64,000 nt of DNA, from the NCBI GenBank assembly GCA_951804945.1, contig OX638149.1, positions 77,934,001 to 77,998,000 of the forward strand, read 5' to 3'. Both the position numbers and the translations under genes were made by a program. Positions 24,767-37,108 of this stretch are shown here, one piece after another. The notes beneath the pieces were generated by a model. That model did not search any database and was not told the DNA's origin. It saw only the letters and a program-made list of their open reading frames with translations. The DNA is from Podarcis cretensis (Eukaryota). Position 1 is the stretch's first letter. Each line of letters starts with the position of its first letter.

Positions 24767-25543
24767 TCAGACTAAGGGTGAGGCATCTAATCATAAGCCT
24801 GCATTTTTATCAAAGCTTATATGTTTAATCAGGGCTTGTATTTTAAAAATGAGCTTAAAGATCTTCAAATGTTTCATGCCAGGCAGAAGAGCAGCTGCCT
24901 AAGAACCTTGGCAAAATGTTTTTACTCCTAGACAAGGGGGCCCCCTGATTTATAGCAGAAAACAATTCTCAAAGTCGTAAAAAGGGAATTACAGGCTGAG
25001 AGCCAAGGTTACACTGACCCTACATATTAAGGGTGGATAAATAGTAAAATGAGCCATATCTTCTTCCTAAGGTTAAAAAGGTCAAGAGCAGTGAAAAAGC
25101 AACTGGTCTGGCTGGCAGAAACAGAACATTTTTGGGAAGTCTTTTCTAAAGCTGTTTCTTTCTTAAACTAAGATCCTTTTAAGATTTCTTTTCCTTTTAA
25201 AAGGTTATTTATGTATTAAATATATTAGCTTAAATATAATTATGCAAAGGATTTAAGAAATGCTAGATTCTTATTTCATATAGTTGGAAGAGATCACAGG
25301 GGCCATCAGCCACCAGCCCCCCCTTGCCAGACAGGAGACGCCATCGAGCACTCCTGATATATGCTTGTCAGGCCTTTTGTTTAGAAACCTTCAAATGAAG
25401 GAGATCTCTCAATGTTGATGTGAACTCAAAATCCTTGACATATGTTTAAGATAAAAATTCAAGATTAACCATCTGTTTTGGAAGGCAATAGGGCAAGGAG
25501 GGCAAGAGGTGAGCTGGTAATTAAGATTCCTTGTTGAGACACA

Positions 25544-25899
25544 TGTAAGATATATTACTACTTATTTGTCATTTATAGATAGAAGAATATATAGCTTTTT
25601 GATTCCCATAAAAGGGCAAGAGGAAATGGGTGTATCTTTTGCGATTGGTTCTAGCAAACAGCCAATAGGAATTTCAACCAGGCTGATTGGACAGAGGCAG
25701 CCACAGGAGGAGCAAGGGGGCTGGATTAAGGAAATATAAGTGCTGGCCAGAATGGCAGGAGGCCAGGCCAGAGCTTGGTAACCATATACCACTGTGCCTC
25801 ATATTTATTTGTCTGACAAATAAATTACTATTTTAATTTCTCTATTGCTGCGTTGAATATTTCATTCCAGCTAAGCGTTAACCACAAGCAGGGTGCTAC
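25544..25899 (+). mobile_element. Possible old solo LTR
   Basis: TGTAA...CTACA ends, CCAAT-like boxes, ATATAA, AATAAA; no TSD found. Confidence 0.35.
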
Positions 25900-26339
25900 A
25901 AGGGTAGATTTATGCTGCTGTTTTTTCATGGTGAGCAGACATAATTTCTCAGTTTGGCCACAAGTGAACTGTGTGGCATGTTGAGCTATTCATAGGACCT
26001 CAATCTGGCTGGAACTTTGCCAGAATACTATGGGGAAAAATGATCATACAAATTCACTTTCAACAGTGGTTCTCTGGGGAGTAGAATCGTATCACACAGT
26101 CATGCCCTTCAACATGCTGAGTCCCCAAACAGGGATACACATCTTCCTGTCCGGGCTCCTGTGTGAGTTGTATGCCCCGTGTTAGGTGACAGAGCCCAGA
26201 AGATGCACTTTTGTCAGCACTGTGCTCTCACAATGTCCCAAAACTTGCATTCTGGTGCACCATGTGAGATTGTGGCCCTGAAAAAAGTGTGTTGTTTTTT
26301 TCCTGGGCAAAATCTTGGCACAAAATCACGAGAGATCCA

Positions 26340-26473
26340 GACCCTCCAAGTCTCCCTATTTTCCAGGGACAGTCCTGGATTTACAGAAGCCATCCTGGTT
26401 TTTTATTTGATTCTGGAATGTCCCACTTTTCCTTAATACGTCCCTATTTTCATCGGTGAAATGTTGGAGGGTA
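26340..26473. mobile_element. MITE with TIR ACCCTCCAA...TTGGAGGGT
   Basis: Inverted termini. Confidence 0.65.
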
Positions 26474-27480
26474 CGGAGATCACGTTGCCCAAAATGACCG
26501 TTGTTCTCTAGTGGGGGGGGGGACAGGGTGCCTCGTTTTTTTCCAGGACACTTGTGGGGTATGCATAGTACTGGCTGATGGGGCAGTGTGAGTGAGCCAC
26601 CCTTTCTCACTATGAGTCACTGCCAGTTACGAAGAGGAAGAGGGGTGAAGTAGCAGGCAGGTCAGTGTGGTGCTGGGGCTTAGAGACAACCCACTGCTCC
26701 TGCTGCTGCGCCGGCACTGTGTCAAACTCCCTGTAACTGGCCACAGTGCACAATATTAAGAAGCCAGGTGGGCAGTGCCACAATGGCGGCCTCTGCTTGT
26801 ATCACAGGAAGCATATTCAATGTAAACCAGCTCTTAGTGACAGACGGCTGGAAAAAGGAGAGCTGTACTGATTCAATGCCAATATTGTAGCAAAACTCCC
26901 TAAAATTTGAGGGGTGGCAGTCTCCAGAAGGATCCCGGTAACACTTTGCAGCTAATGAAGGTGCTTTTGTCAGCCCTCCCAGTAAAAAGAGCAACAGGTA
27001 GAAACAACAAAGTTGGAACTGAGCACTTTGTATTACATGAATGGTCTCTTTTGTTAAGTAATACATAGTACCTAGCAATAGATTGTGGACTGGATGCCAG
27101 GGAATAGGTTTTGGATGGCTACATGGCACTGCTGTCCTATAATTGTAAGCAATGTGAAATCCTTGGGGAAGGTAATTCAGGGTTATTTTAACTAGGGTTT
27201 CAATTTAATGGGTGGGGGTGAACATTCAGAGCACACATCTGTTGTTCCAGCTATAGTAGTTCTGACCACTAACTGTGATACCTAATAAAAATAAAACATT
27301 GTCACAATGGGCCCTTTCTTCTGACAAAGATTAGCAACAATTTTCATTTAATTAGTAGTAACTACCAACAATACCTCAAAAAGGCATGTCTCTTAAAGTC
27401 TTGGTAATGTACAAATTTAATCTATTAATGAACTGATCAGTTTATTAAAAGGCGGATTATTAATCAACCTTTTTTAAAAC

Positions 27481-28410
27481 CAATCAATCAAACCTTTATT
27501 GCATTAGCATACAGCCATAGCAGGATAAAACAACAATGCTATAGACAAGCAACCAAACAAAATTCAAAGCGATATTACTGGGGTTATGACATTTAAATTA
27601 CCCTTAGACAATAATGTAAAGATTTAGTTGCCGGCGCCGGGAATCTAGAATGTGGATGTATATAAAGCATATAATGGCCCCAAAATAGGCTCGGCACATT
27701 AGGTTAAAAAGGTAATGAAAGAATTAAAACAGGTCCAGGTCTAGGACACACTACCCAGTCAGAGTAGCCCTGAGTTTCAAGGCCTGCACTATAAAGATTG
27801 CCACCCCACGTGAAACTTGGGGATTTGCGTCTACAAGAAGCGATTTCAAACAGTCTTCCTTAGATGTGATGGTGGACGGGATCAAGCGGAGGAGCTTAGT
27901 TCTTATTGGCTCATAAATAGGGCACTAGAAAAAGAAATGTATGAAGTCCTCTACTTCATTCATTATGCATGGACATAGACGCTGAGTAATAGGGGTCTTA
28001 GAGTAAATCCCCTGCAGGAAGGCCGTGGGTATAGAATGGAAACGGGCCATGGTAAACGCTCTTCTCAAATTGGGCTCCGTCAGGTCTATCAAGTAGTTGG
28101 CAAGTGATCTTACCACTTTCACTTTAGGGAGCCACATGGAGAGGCAAGCTGTGGTGGACTGTGCCCGGTCCATGGCCTCGTCTCTTGTAAGAATCCAGGC
28201 CCGGATTTTATGTTGATCCCAAGCTGACAGCGTGTCAAGATCTGGGAGGGAGTAGCGTGCAGTAATAGTCTCCATGGCCTTCGACCATTTATTGCTATGA
28301 GAACAAGTTAAAAAGGCTTGCCTGGCTAAAAGGGAACCTGGGGCTTTGATTAATTTACAATAAAAACTGATAATTCTAATGTGGGCTCTCGCAACAACAG
28401 CATAATTTTC
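27481..28410 (-). mobile_element. Non-LTR retrotransposon 3' end (RTE-X-like), C-terminal CCHC region, AATAAA plus (TGAT)n tail
   Basis: RRAFTMARF...RLCPC...EDFIHF..*CP; clade assignment tentative. Confidence 0.75.
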
Positions 28411-30179
28411 TGCAATAATACAAGTGGTGTCAAATCTCATTATATTTACAGATATTTCGCTCTCATATTAGTTATATCTCTTACTTACAGGTGGTTCTAA
28501 GTTGTTGCCGAATATCTGACAGGAGGGAATTCTACAGGGCAGCTACCACCACACAAAAAGACCATTTTCTCTATCACACGAAACAGACTTCTCAATAAGG
28601 TGGTATCTGCAGGAAGCTCTCTTCTGCAGGGGGCAGCTATCACTTGGGTGTCTGAAAGGGGAATGATCTTTTAGGTGGTTGTTACCTGAAGTAGACACCT
28701 TCATTTCTCCTAATCCAGGATCACTTCTCCACCATCCATTTAAAGCACCCTTAAACAACTTTAACAGCCATGGCTTTCCCCCAAAAGAATCCTGAGACCT
28801 GTACTTTGTTAAGGGTGCTGGGAATTGCACCCTCCAGATGTTGTGGACTACAACTCTCATCATCCATGACCATTGTCCGTGCTGGCTGGGGCTGATGGGA
28901 GTTGTAGTCCAAACTTCTGGAGGGCACTACATTGGGTATTTCTGTCCTAATAGTTTCAGTTTCTTGGGCTGCTAGAACAAAGATCTTTTATGAGTTTTCT
29001 GACAGATATATTAAATGTCACAAGAAACTTCATACTGATGTAAATACTGATACAGGAGCTGGTCACACACCTGTTTTAATTCTTTTCCAATGTCATGGAA
29101 AAGAAATCTGAGAAATAATCATTTGGGTAAGCAGTAGCTTTTAAACTGATTGCTAAAGCAAACAAATTGCAACACCATGAAAAGGAAACAGGTGGTTTTA
29201 TTGTGCAATATTGGAATGGTAAGTTAAAGCACGACAGTGCCAATGCTCATGGTACTATTGCCACCTCGGGGAGATATTCCCTTTTGAAAGGCCAACAAAT
29301 ATATATATATATTGCATACTCATACATTCCAAGTGTTAGAAATGCTCTGTGTCCGTGTCCTGATGTTAACTTGTCAGGTGACTGTGTATTTGATGGCAGT
29401 GTTCATCTTAATGTTGCCAGCAGTGATCAACAACTATCTAGTTTTGTCAGTGTTGATCTGCACTTTTGGAAGGAGAGTTCACTCATATAAGAAAGCCAGT
29501 GGCCCTTCTAGTCCAGCATCCTGTTCTCCCAATAGGATTTTAAAGCAGCAAGGACTATAAATCAACCTTATTATTATATTTCTCATTCAAGAAACCAAAG
29601 AAAATGAGCTTTATCCCATTGTTATTTTTTGTTATTATTTTTGCTTCCTTTCCCTAGCCTTAATAATACCTTATGAGTTGTGTTACTTGTTATTGAAATG
29701 ATAATAATAAAATAAATTGGGGCTGCAAACACTTCCTTGAGAGTAAGCTCCCAGTGGGGCTTACTTCTGAGTAAATGTGCATAGGATTATGCTCCACACT
29801 GTTTGTTTCTTTTCCAAAGAAAAGCAACATGACACATGGTTTTAGCCGTCTTAATTTCCTGAGAATAGAGTACTATCAACCCACACTTTCCTTATTTTGC
29901 AGAGAGCGTGTTTTTTTCTTTGTAGATGGCTTCTCCATTTTATAGAAAATCTAGGCCAAAAACAGAGTAAGGCTACATATAACGAATGTTACAGGACAAC
30001 CTTATCCCTCGATGGCTGGATGAGTGGGGTAAGATGATGTACAATTACCTCTCTGTTGTCCTATGCTGGTGGAGAGGAGTGCTGCTGGTGTGTGTATGTT
30101 TGTGTGGAAGAGGAGTGGGTTCTGCACAGGCAAGCAATAAACTACCACTAGTTGCCTCACACATAAAATCAACGACTTG

Positions 30180-30400
30180 TAGAGTTGGAAGGGGCACCAA
30201 GGGTCATCTAGTCCAACCCCCTGCAGTGCAGGAATTTCAACTACGGCATCCATGACAGGTGGCCATCCAACCTCTGCTTAAAAACCTCCAAGGAAGGAGA
30301 GTTCACAGCCTCCTGAGTGAGTCTGTTCCTGAGTTGAACAGAAAGTTCTTCCTGATGTTAAGTTGGAACCTCCTTTCTTATTACTTGAATCCATTGGTTC
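30180..30400 (-). mobile_element. CR1 LINE 3' end
   Basis: AGAGTTGGAAGGG...GGTCATCTAGTCCAACCCC CR1 terminal hairpin complement. Confidence 0.75.
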
Positions 30401-30517
30401 ACTGTCTGCCTGTTCACCTGCATCTCCCCAATGTACCAGTGTAACCAGAGCACAAACTTTTCTTTTTTAAAAAAATGAATTCGCTCCAATCCACATAGTG
30501 TGTCAGGAAATAGGTAT

Positions 30518-30924
30518 TGTCAGGGAACTGCCATAGGAAGAACAGGTGGTGGAAAGGCTCCCGGAGAATACCAGAGACACTGCAGCAGAAGAGGGAACCA
30601 GTAGGGGGGGAGCAGGAGCTCCAAGGGAAAGGGAGTCGGAGGGGAGGCTCTGGGATACTTCCAGTGAGAACAGTGAAGAGGTATCAGGACCCCCTTTAGG
30701 GACCCCCGTCCCTCGCCGGAAACTGTCACGCAGAGAATCCAGGAGACGCGTTTCCGTTAAACAGCTTTTATGTTGGAAACGTTTCCGCAAACGCCCACTG
30801 TCAGATTCTACCAGCGACTGACGGAGCCATGCCAAAGGGCTCCGCTCAAGGCAGAGATTTACTACACTGAGTAATCTCTGAGGGATCAAGCTTTTACGCA
30901 CAAGCAGCTCATTATCCCATCACA
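30518..30924. mobile_element. Solo LTR (407 bp, TG...CA, 5-bp TSD GGTAT; Gypsy-like)
   Basis: GGTAT at 30513-17 and 30925-29; CpG-rich interior suggests a young insertion. Confidence 0.8.
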
Positions 30925-31319
30925 GGTATCTACATGCCCATAATAATATGTAATATTTTGCCTTCTAGTGTTTGCTCTGCATAAGTACAATTGGTTAATA
31001 GTAAGCTGACAGGTAAATCATAGTTGTTGCATATACCATTGTGCTACTTGAACTAAAACTTCCATGATTAAGTTGGTTCTCCCCCCACAAAGAGGAATCA
31101 GATAATATTCAGAGAGCTGCTGCCTGTTTCAGATACCTATCTGTAAAAATGAATACACAGCTTATGAGAAATCATGGGTAGCTGCAGAATCTTTATATAA
31201 AAGCCTTGAGCATGAGATTCAGTTGTGCTCAGTCACAAGACCAATGTGGCTTAAAAACAAAGCTTTTATCCCACTACATTCACATACTTCCTTTTTGCCA
31301 AAAAAGTCAAGGTAGCCTC

Positions 31320-31500
31320 TACAACTTTCCCTGCCCCCATTTTATCATCATAACCTTGTGAGTTGAGTTGGGTTGGGTTGGGTTGGGTTGGGTTGGGAGA
31401 TAGTGGCTGGTCCAAGGTCACCCAGCTTCATGACTGAGTGGGAATTTGAACCCAGGTCTCCCAGCTCCTAATCCAAACTGCAACCATTGCACAACACCAG
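31320..31500 (-). mobile_element. MIR/Ther-like SINE remnant with internal (GGGTT)n expansion
   Basis: CCAAGGTCACCCAG core and ATTTGAACCC B-box complement. Confidence 0.65.
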
Positions 31501-31996
31501 CTACAATGTGGAACACAATTTAGAACTACTGTTAAATCAATTTCTTTGGCGATAATTGAGTTGTTCTGGGTATCTGCTAGTGTAATGAGATTATGTCTGT
31601 TTAGAATATAATTATTTTGCCTAGTAAACCATTGGTTTTGAAATCTTGGCCCTGTTTTTTTGCTGATCTCCCTCAAATGGCTGTTCAGTACCGAGGATTA
31701 CACTGAGAAGATATATGTGCTGTCTGGAATAGACCTTTTCTATCAGACTTTGGTTTATTAAGTTTAATATATAATTGAATCATAAAGCGGTCCGCTTTCA
31801 GACAATTCTTTTTGAAATGTGACACTGTGGTAAATTGTGTATGCACTGCCCTCTAGTGCCCTTCCACCAGCATGTGATGGAAACATCTTTTGGAATTTTT
31901 TTGCTTGATATGTACAATGCACTAACGGTATTGCTAACTCCTTTCACCAGAACAGCTCAAGAGCTGTTTGTTAAAAACAAAATGTACATTTAAAAC

Positions 31997-33027
31997 TTTT
32001 TTTTAAAAAATATTCAAAATTATAACAAGACATATTATCCAAAAACATATCATCCTTGTCCCCCCCCCAATTTTCCTCCCTCCCCCCCAAAAAACCCACC
32101 CACCCCCACCCCACCCCCATCTTCCCTCAGTTCCAGTCTTTGGTTTCTCTAAGAATGCGGTTTTCTGCATGTTACAAAGTTGTATAGATACTCAAACTAT
32201 TCAGCTGATTATTATCAATAAAAAGTTTGTGAATGTTTACTCAAAACCTGACAAGGAGTCCAGTTCGCTTTGTTGTGTCTTCAGATACTTTGTAAAGGGT
32301 TCCCATTCATCCTTAAAGTCACAGTTATCCTTGTCCCATAGCTTATATGTCAGTTTTGCCAGTTCTGCATAGTCCATCAATTTTTCTTGCCATGATTCTT
32401 TAGTTGGGGTTTCTTCAGTCTTCCATCCATGTGCTACCAGAACTCTCGTGGCCGTTGTTGCATACATGAAGATGTTTTTCAACTTTTTTGGCAGGTCTTT
32501 CCCTACAATCCCCAACAAAAATGCTTCGGGTTTTTTTTAACAAATATTAAATGGAACATTTTCTTCAATTCATTGTATATCATTTCCCCAAAATTTTTAA
32601 TTACCTTACAATCCCACCACATATGATAAAATGTTCCCTCCTTTTCCTTACACTTCCAACATATATTTGAACTAGTTTTGTACATTTCCCCTAACTGCAC
32701 TGGTGTTATGTACCACCTGTACATCATCTCCGCGTAATTCTCCTTCAATAGGGAACAATCTGTAAACTTTAAGTCAGTTTTCCATAATTTAACCCAATCT
32801 TCCATCATAATGTTGTGACCTATATCTTGTGCCCATTTAATCATAACTGATTTTACCTCTTCCTCTTTCGTCTCCCATTCTAATAGTATGCTGTATGCGG
32901 CCTTCAGTAGTCTCACTTTCCCTTCAATCACTTCCATTTGAAACCTAGATCTAGTATAACTAAATCCTTTCTTGCTGTCTTCTTTATGTGTTTCATATAG
33001 TTGTCAATAATGCAACCAACTCTGAGA
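31997..33027 (-). mobile_element. L1-clade LINE 3' end (ORF2 C-terminus plus 3' UTR and A-rich tail), frameshifted
   Basis: YRWYITP...CWKC..EGTFYHMWWDC Cys-rich motif; probable TSD GTACATTTAAAAC (31984-96) / GTACACTTAAAAC (33028-40). Confidence 0.88.
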
Positions 33028-33734
33028 GTACACTTAAAACATTTAATGCATTTCTTCCTACAACTGTATCTGGATTGACATCTGGTCTGTGTTGCCTAAA
33101 CCTGAGACACCTTGCTTGTGACTAAGGACGCATCAAGGCTGTCACGGATTTGGCACTATTTCACATCAATTCTGCTTCCCAAAAATGTTGGTCTTTTTGC
33201 AGTAAGGAAAGTGAAAGGAAAATGCTTTGGAAACTGTGCGATAATAATGGCTTGCTGGGATGCTTCATAACCTCCACAGAAACAAATGAGAATGAATCCT
33301 AATGCTGCATAAACTCCATAAGAACTTTGTGCAAGCAAATCAGGATGGATGCTCAATAAACAGAATGTTTGGAAATCAGCAAGAACTCAGCAGCAGACAG
33401 TATGTACTCCAAATAAACTTCTTAACTTTCAGTATAATATGCAAGCTTCATCAGTTCACAAAGATCTTTAGTTGTTTTGGTGTGGTCTTTTTTTTAATGC
33501 AGTGGCTTTTAAATTGCTATATTTGGGTGAGCCGTGACCAACATGCGAACTGGTCCAGTTGACATCTGAGCTATGGGGGTCTGGCATAACAGCTATGGCA
33601 AAATTGTGATCACGTGTACTGCTATGCCAGGATTGTGGTCATTATACTTCTGAGGGAAAACAGTGGCTGCTGGTCAAACTGAATGACACATTGAATTGGT
33701 GTACATCACAAAGGCAGATCAGAGTAGTAAAAAA

Positions 33735-33778
33735 ATAAACTGAATGACACAACAAGTGCAAAATGCTAAAATTTTATT
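33735..33778 (-). terminator. Probable MUC5AC poly(A) signal (AATAAA at 33778-33773) with downstream GU/U-rich element; 3' UTR about 1.05 kb
   Basis: Minus strand reads AATAAAATTTTAGCATTTTGCACTTGTTGTGTCATTCAGTTTATTTTTTT. Confidence 0.65.
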
Positions 33779-34816
33779 AATCATTGAAACTGTTCTCTTT
33801 AAGAAACAAATAAAAACAGCAAAAGGTAAAGATATCCCTCAACCAGGCATCATTTGACAGATGGTGCTAATACAGAAGAAAATAGTCTATTTTCCAGAAA
33901 CAAATAAATAGTAATGGTACAACATTAAAAAATAATTCATTGTCCTAGAACAGAATTTATATTATTGATATTTACTACTTTGGTTTAAAAAGTTCTTCAT
34001 ATGACAATTCGGCAAATATATCTATATATCTTATGTTCATTTTGTAAACATTTATATTTTAAAAAATCCAGATCTTCATACAATTAATATGCTGATGATA
34101 TCATGTAAACAGTCTTCTTCAGCAGCAGCCATACTTCATGGGGAGTTTTTTTGTACAAAAATAGATCTACAAATAATATCTGAGTATTATAGCCCCACAG
34201 CCTTTGAGAGGTTGAAGTTTGTAGAAAAAGGAACTTGGGGAAAAAACACAAAAAAGGCTGACCAAGTTATGAAAGTGAGATCTAACTTTTGCAAAGGTGA
34301 TAGAGAACAGACCATGTTGACCAATGGAACTGTAATGGAACTGGACACTATGAGTAGCTCTTTCTGCTCCAAAGTTATGGCTGGCTTGTGCTACTTGGTG
34401 GAGGAAATTCTTCTGGCTGTATTAGAAATGCCAGTGTCTGTACCAATGCTTTGTTAATATTGGCATCATAACTTCACAAGAGTTCAAGCTAAAATCCTTT
34501 TTTTGTCTCCCACCCTAACCTTTTATCATGCCAAATACTTTCCTCTCCAAGTTTTGTAACTGCACAGTGTAGTCTCACAAAGGCCTTGCCCCAAGAAAAG
34601 TGTCACCTAGAATTTCTAATTGTTTGGCACCCCAAAGAAAAGAAAATACTTTTCTGCCAAGAGTAGATTTAAAAGAAGAGAAATTCATCTGTATGTTCAA
34701 GTTGCTGCCTTGGATACTTTTTATTTCAAAACAGCAAGATTCATTTTAATTTATCTTCTGTTAATTATTGGTGTTGGTCATTTAAAAAATGTCTAGGTCA
34801 GTCCTGGCTCCTGTTT

Positions 34817-34843
34817 TTATTTCTGGCCAAGCTGCTGTTCTTC

Positions 34844-34878
<35 letters not shown>

Positions 34879-35111
34879 CCTGCTGCTGTTGCTGCTGTTC
34901 TTCCTGCTGCTGCTGCTGTTCTTGCTCTCCTGGTGTTGGGCTGGGCTTCACATCACATTGATTGCTCACACACTCACATGAGTCAACATGGATGTATGAA
35001 TATTCAATGGTGGAGCGATCAGGGCACATCAGTGTCACTTGCCTCTTGCTGGTTTTGCTTTCCTTACAGCATGCACATGTGTGATCCAATGTGTTAGCCT
35101 CAGAAGAGTAT
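34817..35111 (-). CDS. MUC5AC: MUC5AC last coding exon: second half of the cystine knot plus poly-Q/E tail, TAA stop
   Basis: TAG acceptor at 35112-14; YSSEANTLDHTCACCKE...CPD...VDSCEC; 11 Cys in total across the two CK exons. Confidence 0.94.
34832..34927 (-). repeat. Coding CAG/CAA/GAA repeat (EQEQ5EEQ6EEQ10EEQQ)
   Basis: Read directly; in frame with the CK domain. Confidence 0.95.
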
Positions 35112-35359
35112 CTAAGAGAAAACAAAGAAGGCTTTAGCTGTTGCAGAATCAAGTCCACCACTCACACCAACCCACAGTGCCATCATTCTGCTTTTGTTTG
35201 TATTGGAAACAATCAGTCTGACATGGTTCATTTAGAATAGATTGAGTACTGGTGTCCACTTAATTCTATTGCCTGCTGTCACACCTAAGTTTGCATTAGA
35301 GATAAATTGAGTTTTTGGGGAAGAATTTTTAAATACTGGGCCTAAAAGTACCATTTTTT

Positions 35360-35775
35360 GAGTAAACAACCACTCTCAATATTATGGCCCACCTCAAACT
35401 CCACAACAAACTTATATACAAATGGTAAGATCACAATATAATCTATCACACTGCCTCCATGCTTTGAAAAGTGGGTATATTTCCTGGGCCAATCTCCCTC
35501 TATCATACCATTTAATATTAACAATTCCCTCTGCCTTACAACATGGGCTAAACAAAGCTCTGAATAATTACATCTATGATCTTTAGACAGACGGGAGGTA
35601 CCTCTGGCTAAGAAAATATCTGGTTCCAGAATCTGATTGTAATGGGTGTACAAATTTACATCGTTTACTCCCATATGTGCGTTAAAATCCCCTGCAATGA
35701 TAGACACTGCAGTAGGATATAGTGATTCCAAAGATTCTATATAGTTCTCTAGGTCTATCCAGATAGTATTTACAG
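35360..35775 (-). mobile_element. Non-LTR retrotransposon AP-endonuclease fragment (RTE-X/CR1-like) in the last MUC5AC intron
   Basis: IIAGDFNA, ILNG, SVIDY endonuclease motifs. Confidence 0.8.
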
Positions 35776-36001
35776 TAGTTTTTGTTGTTGTTGTTGTTGT
35801 TTTGACAAGAAAGTGAATTGCCTGATGTCACCTGTCAAATGAGTACATAATTGAGCTCAAAAATGAAGTGTTCTGCTTCCCAGCACAATTTTCCATGTCT
35901 TGCTAACCTGGACTTCAACTGAATGACCCCTGGACTATTCATTGGGTTTTAGAGTTTTAGAGTTCCCCGGGGGAGGCAGCAATGCCCACTTTTCTACTTA
36001 C

Positions 36002-36113
36002 ATTGAAGAACTGCCACAGTGGCCTTCGCAGTACCGTAATTCGACAGGTTCAGTAGCTTCACATCCATTATGTCTGATGAGACTTGTGATGTTCTTTGGA
36101 ATACAATCTCCCG
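36002..36113 (-). CDS. MUC5AC: MUC5AC cystine-knot exon 1 (GDCIPKN...GCEATEPVELRYCEGHCGSSS)
   Basis: 112 bp, phase 1->2; CxGxC knot motif. Confidence 0.94.
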
Positions 36114-36262
36114 CTGTGAGAGGGGAGAACAACCAAAAACAAAAACCATCATAACTGTGTGCTCACAAATACTGCCTAACAGAAGACTGAGTAGGGTAAG
36201 GTGGTGTGTGAGTGCACATGTGCAAACTGTCGAAACTGGCAAGGAAAAATGAATTGTAGGTC

Positions 36263-36399
36263 CAGGGCTTTTTTTCCAGCTGGAACTCACTGGAACTCAG
36301 TTCTTGCACCTCTCAGGTGGGCACCATTGCCATTATAAGAGAACAAGGGAGGCATTCAGGCTGAGTTCTGGCACCTCTTTTTCTAGAAAAATAGCACTG
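36263..36399. mobile_element. hAT MITE (same family as 15798-15901), TSD TGTAGGTC/GGTAGGTC
   Basis: CAGGGCTTTTT...AAAATAGCACTG termini. Confidence 0.8.
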
Positions 36400-37056
36400 G
36401 GTAGGTCCATCATAATAAGAACCCACTTCTTGATGCACTGGAAAGTCAGGATGGGAGGAAAGAACATGATAAACTCCTGTACTGATCTAGCCTAATGCCA
36501 CTAGCATGTTTTGACAAAGAAGCCTGTGCTATACATTTGACCACAAAGACTTCTCGCTCCACAGTACTAGTCTCGATGTTCACACCTATGCTGCAAAGGT
36601 GCAGAGGAAAATCTTAGCACTTTCTCTCTGCACAGATAATTTATTGGCTCACTTCCTGCCTGACCGTAGCAAATATAGGCAAAAACACAGTCTACTGCAG
36701 GGGTGTGGAACTTTTTGTAGAGGGCCTTTTCCCCTCAAGCATAATCTGTTGGAACTACATATTGGTGGTAGTGGGCCAGAGTCAAAAGTGGGTAGGGCTT
36801 GAGACAAAGGTAAGGGAGGGGCACAGCTTTCCCTCTCTTTCTAACACACTTTTCATTCTCTCTCTCTCTCCCTTAAACCCTTTCCCCTATTTTTCTCCTC
36901 CTTGCTACCCATGTGAAATTAAGTTATGGACCACATGAAATAAGGACGTGCACAGGTAGTGCCACAGATTGCCCACCCCCTGCTCTCGTACATTGTGGGT
37001 TTTTTGTTTTTTTTTTTGGTGTGCAGGCTTATTTTAACAATTTTGTCATAACTTAC

Positions 37057-37108
37057 GTGGAGGTCCGCACACCTTGCAGCAGCCATCTTCACTCAGTCTC
37101 ACATTCTC
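37057..37108 (-). CDS. MUC5AC: MUC5AC exon (ENVRLSEDGCCKVCGPP)
   Basis: 52 bp, phase 0->1, GTAAGT donor. Confidence 0.92.

Noticed and set aside
34789-35097. Poly-Ala ORF on the + strand
   Set aside because: Antisense of the CAG repeat.
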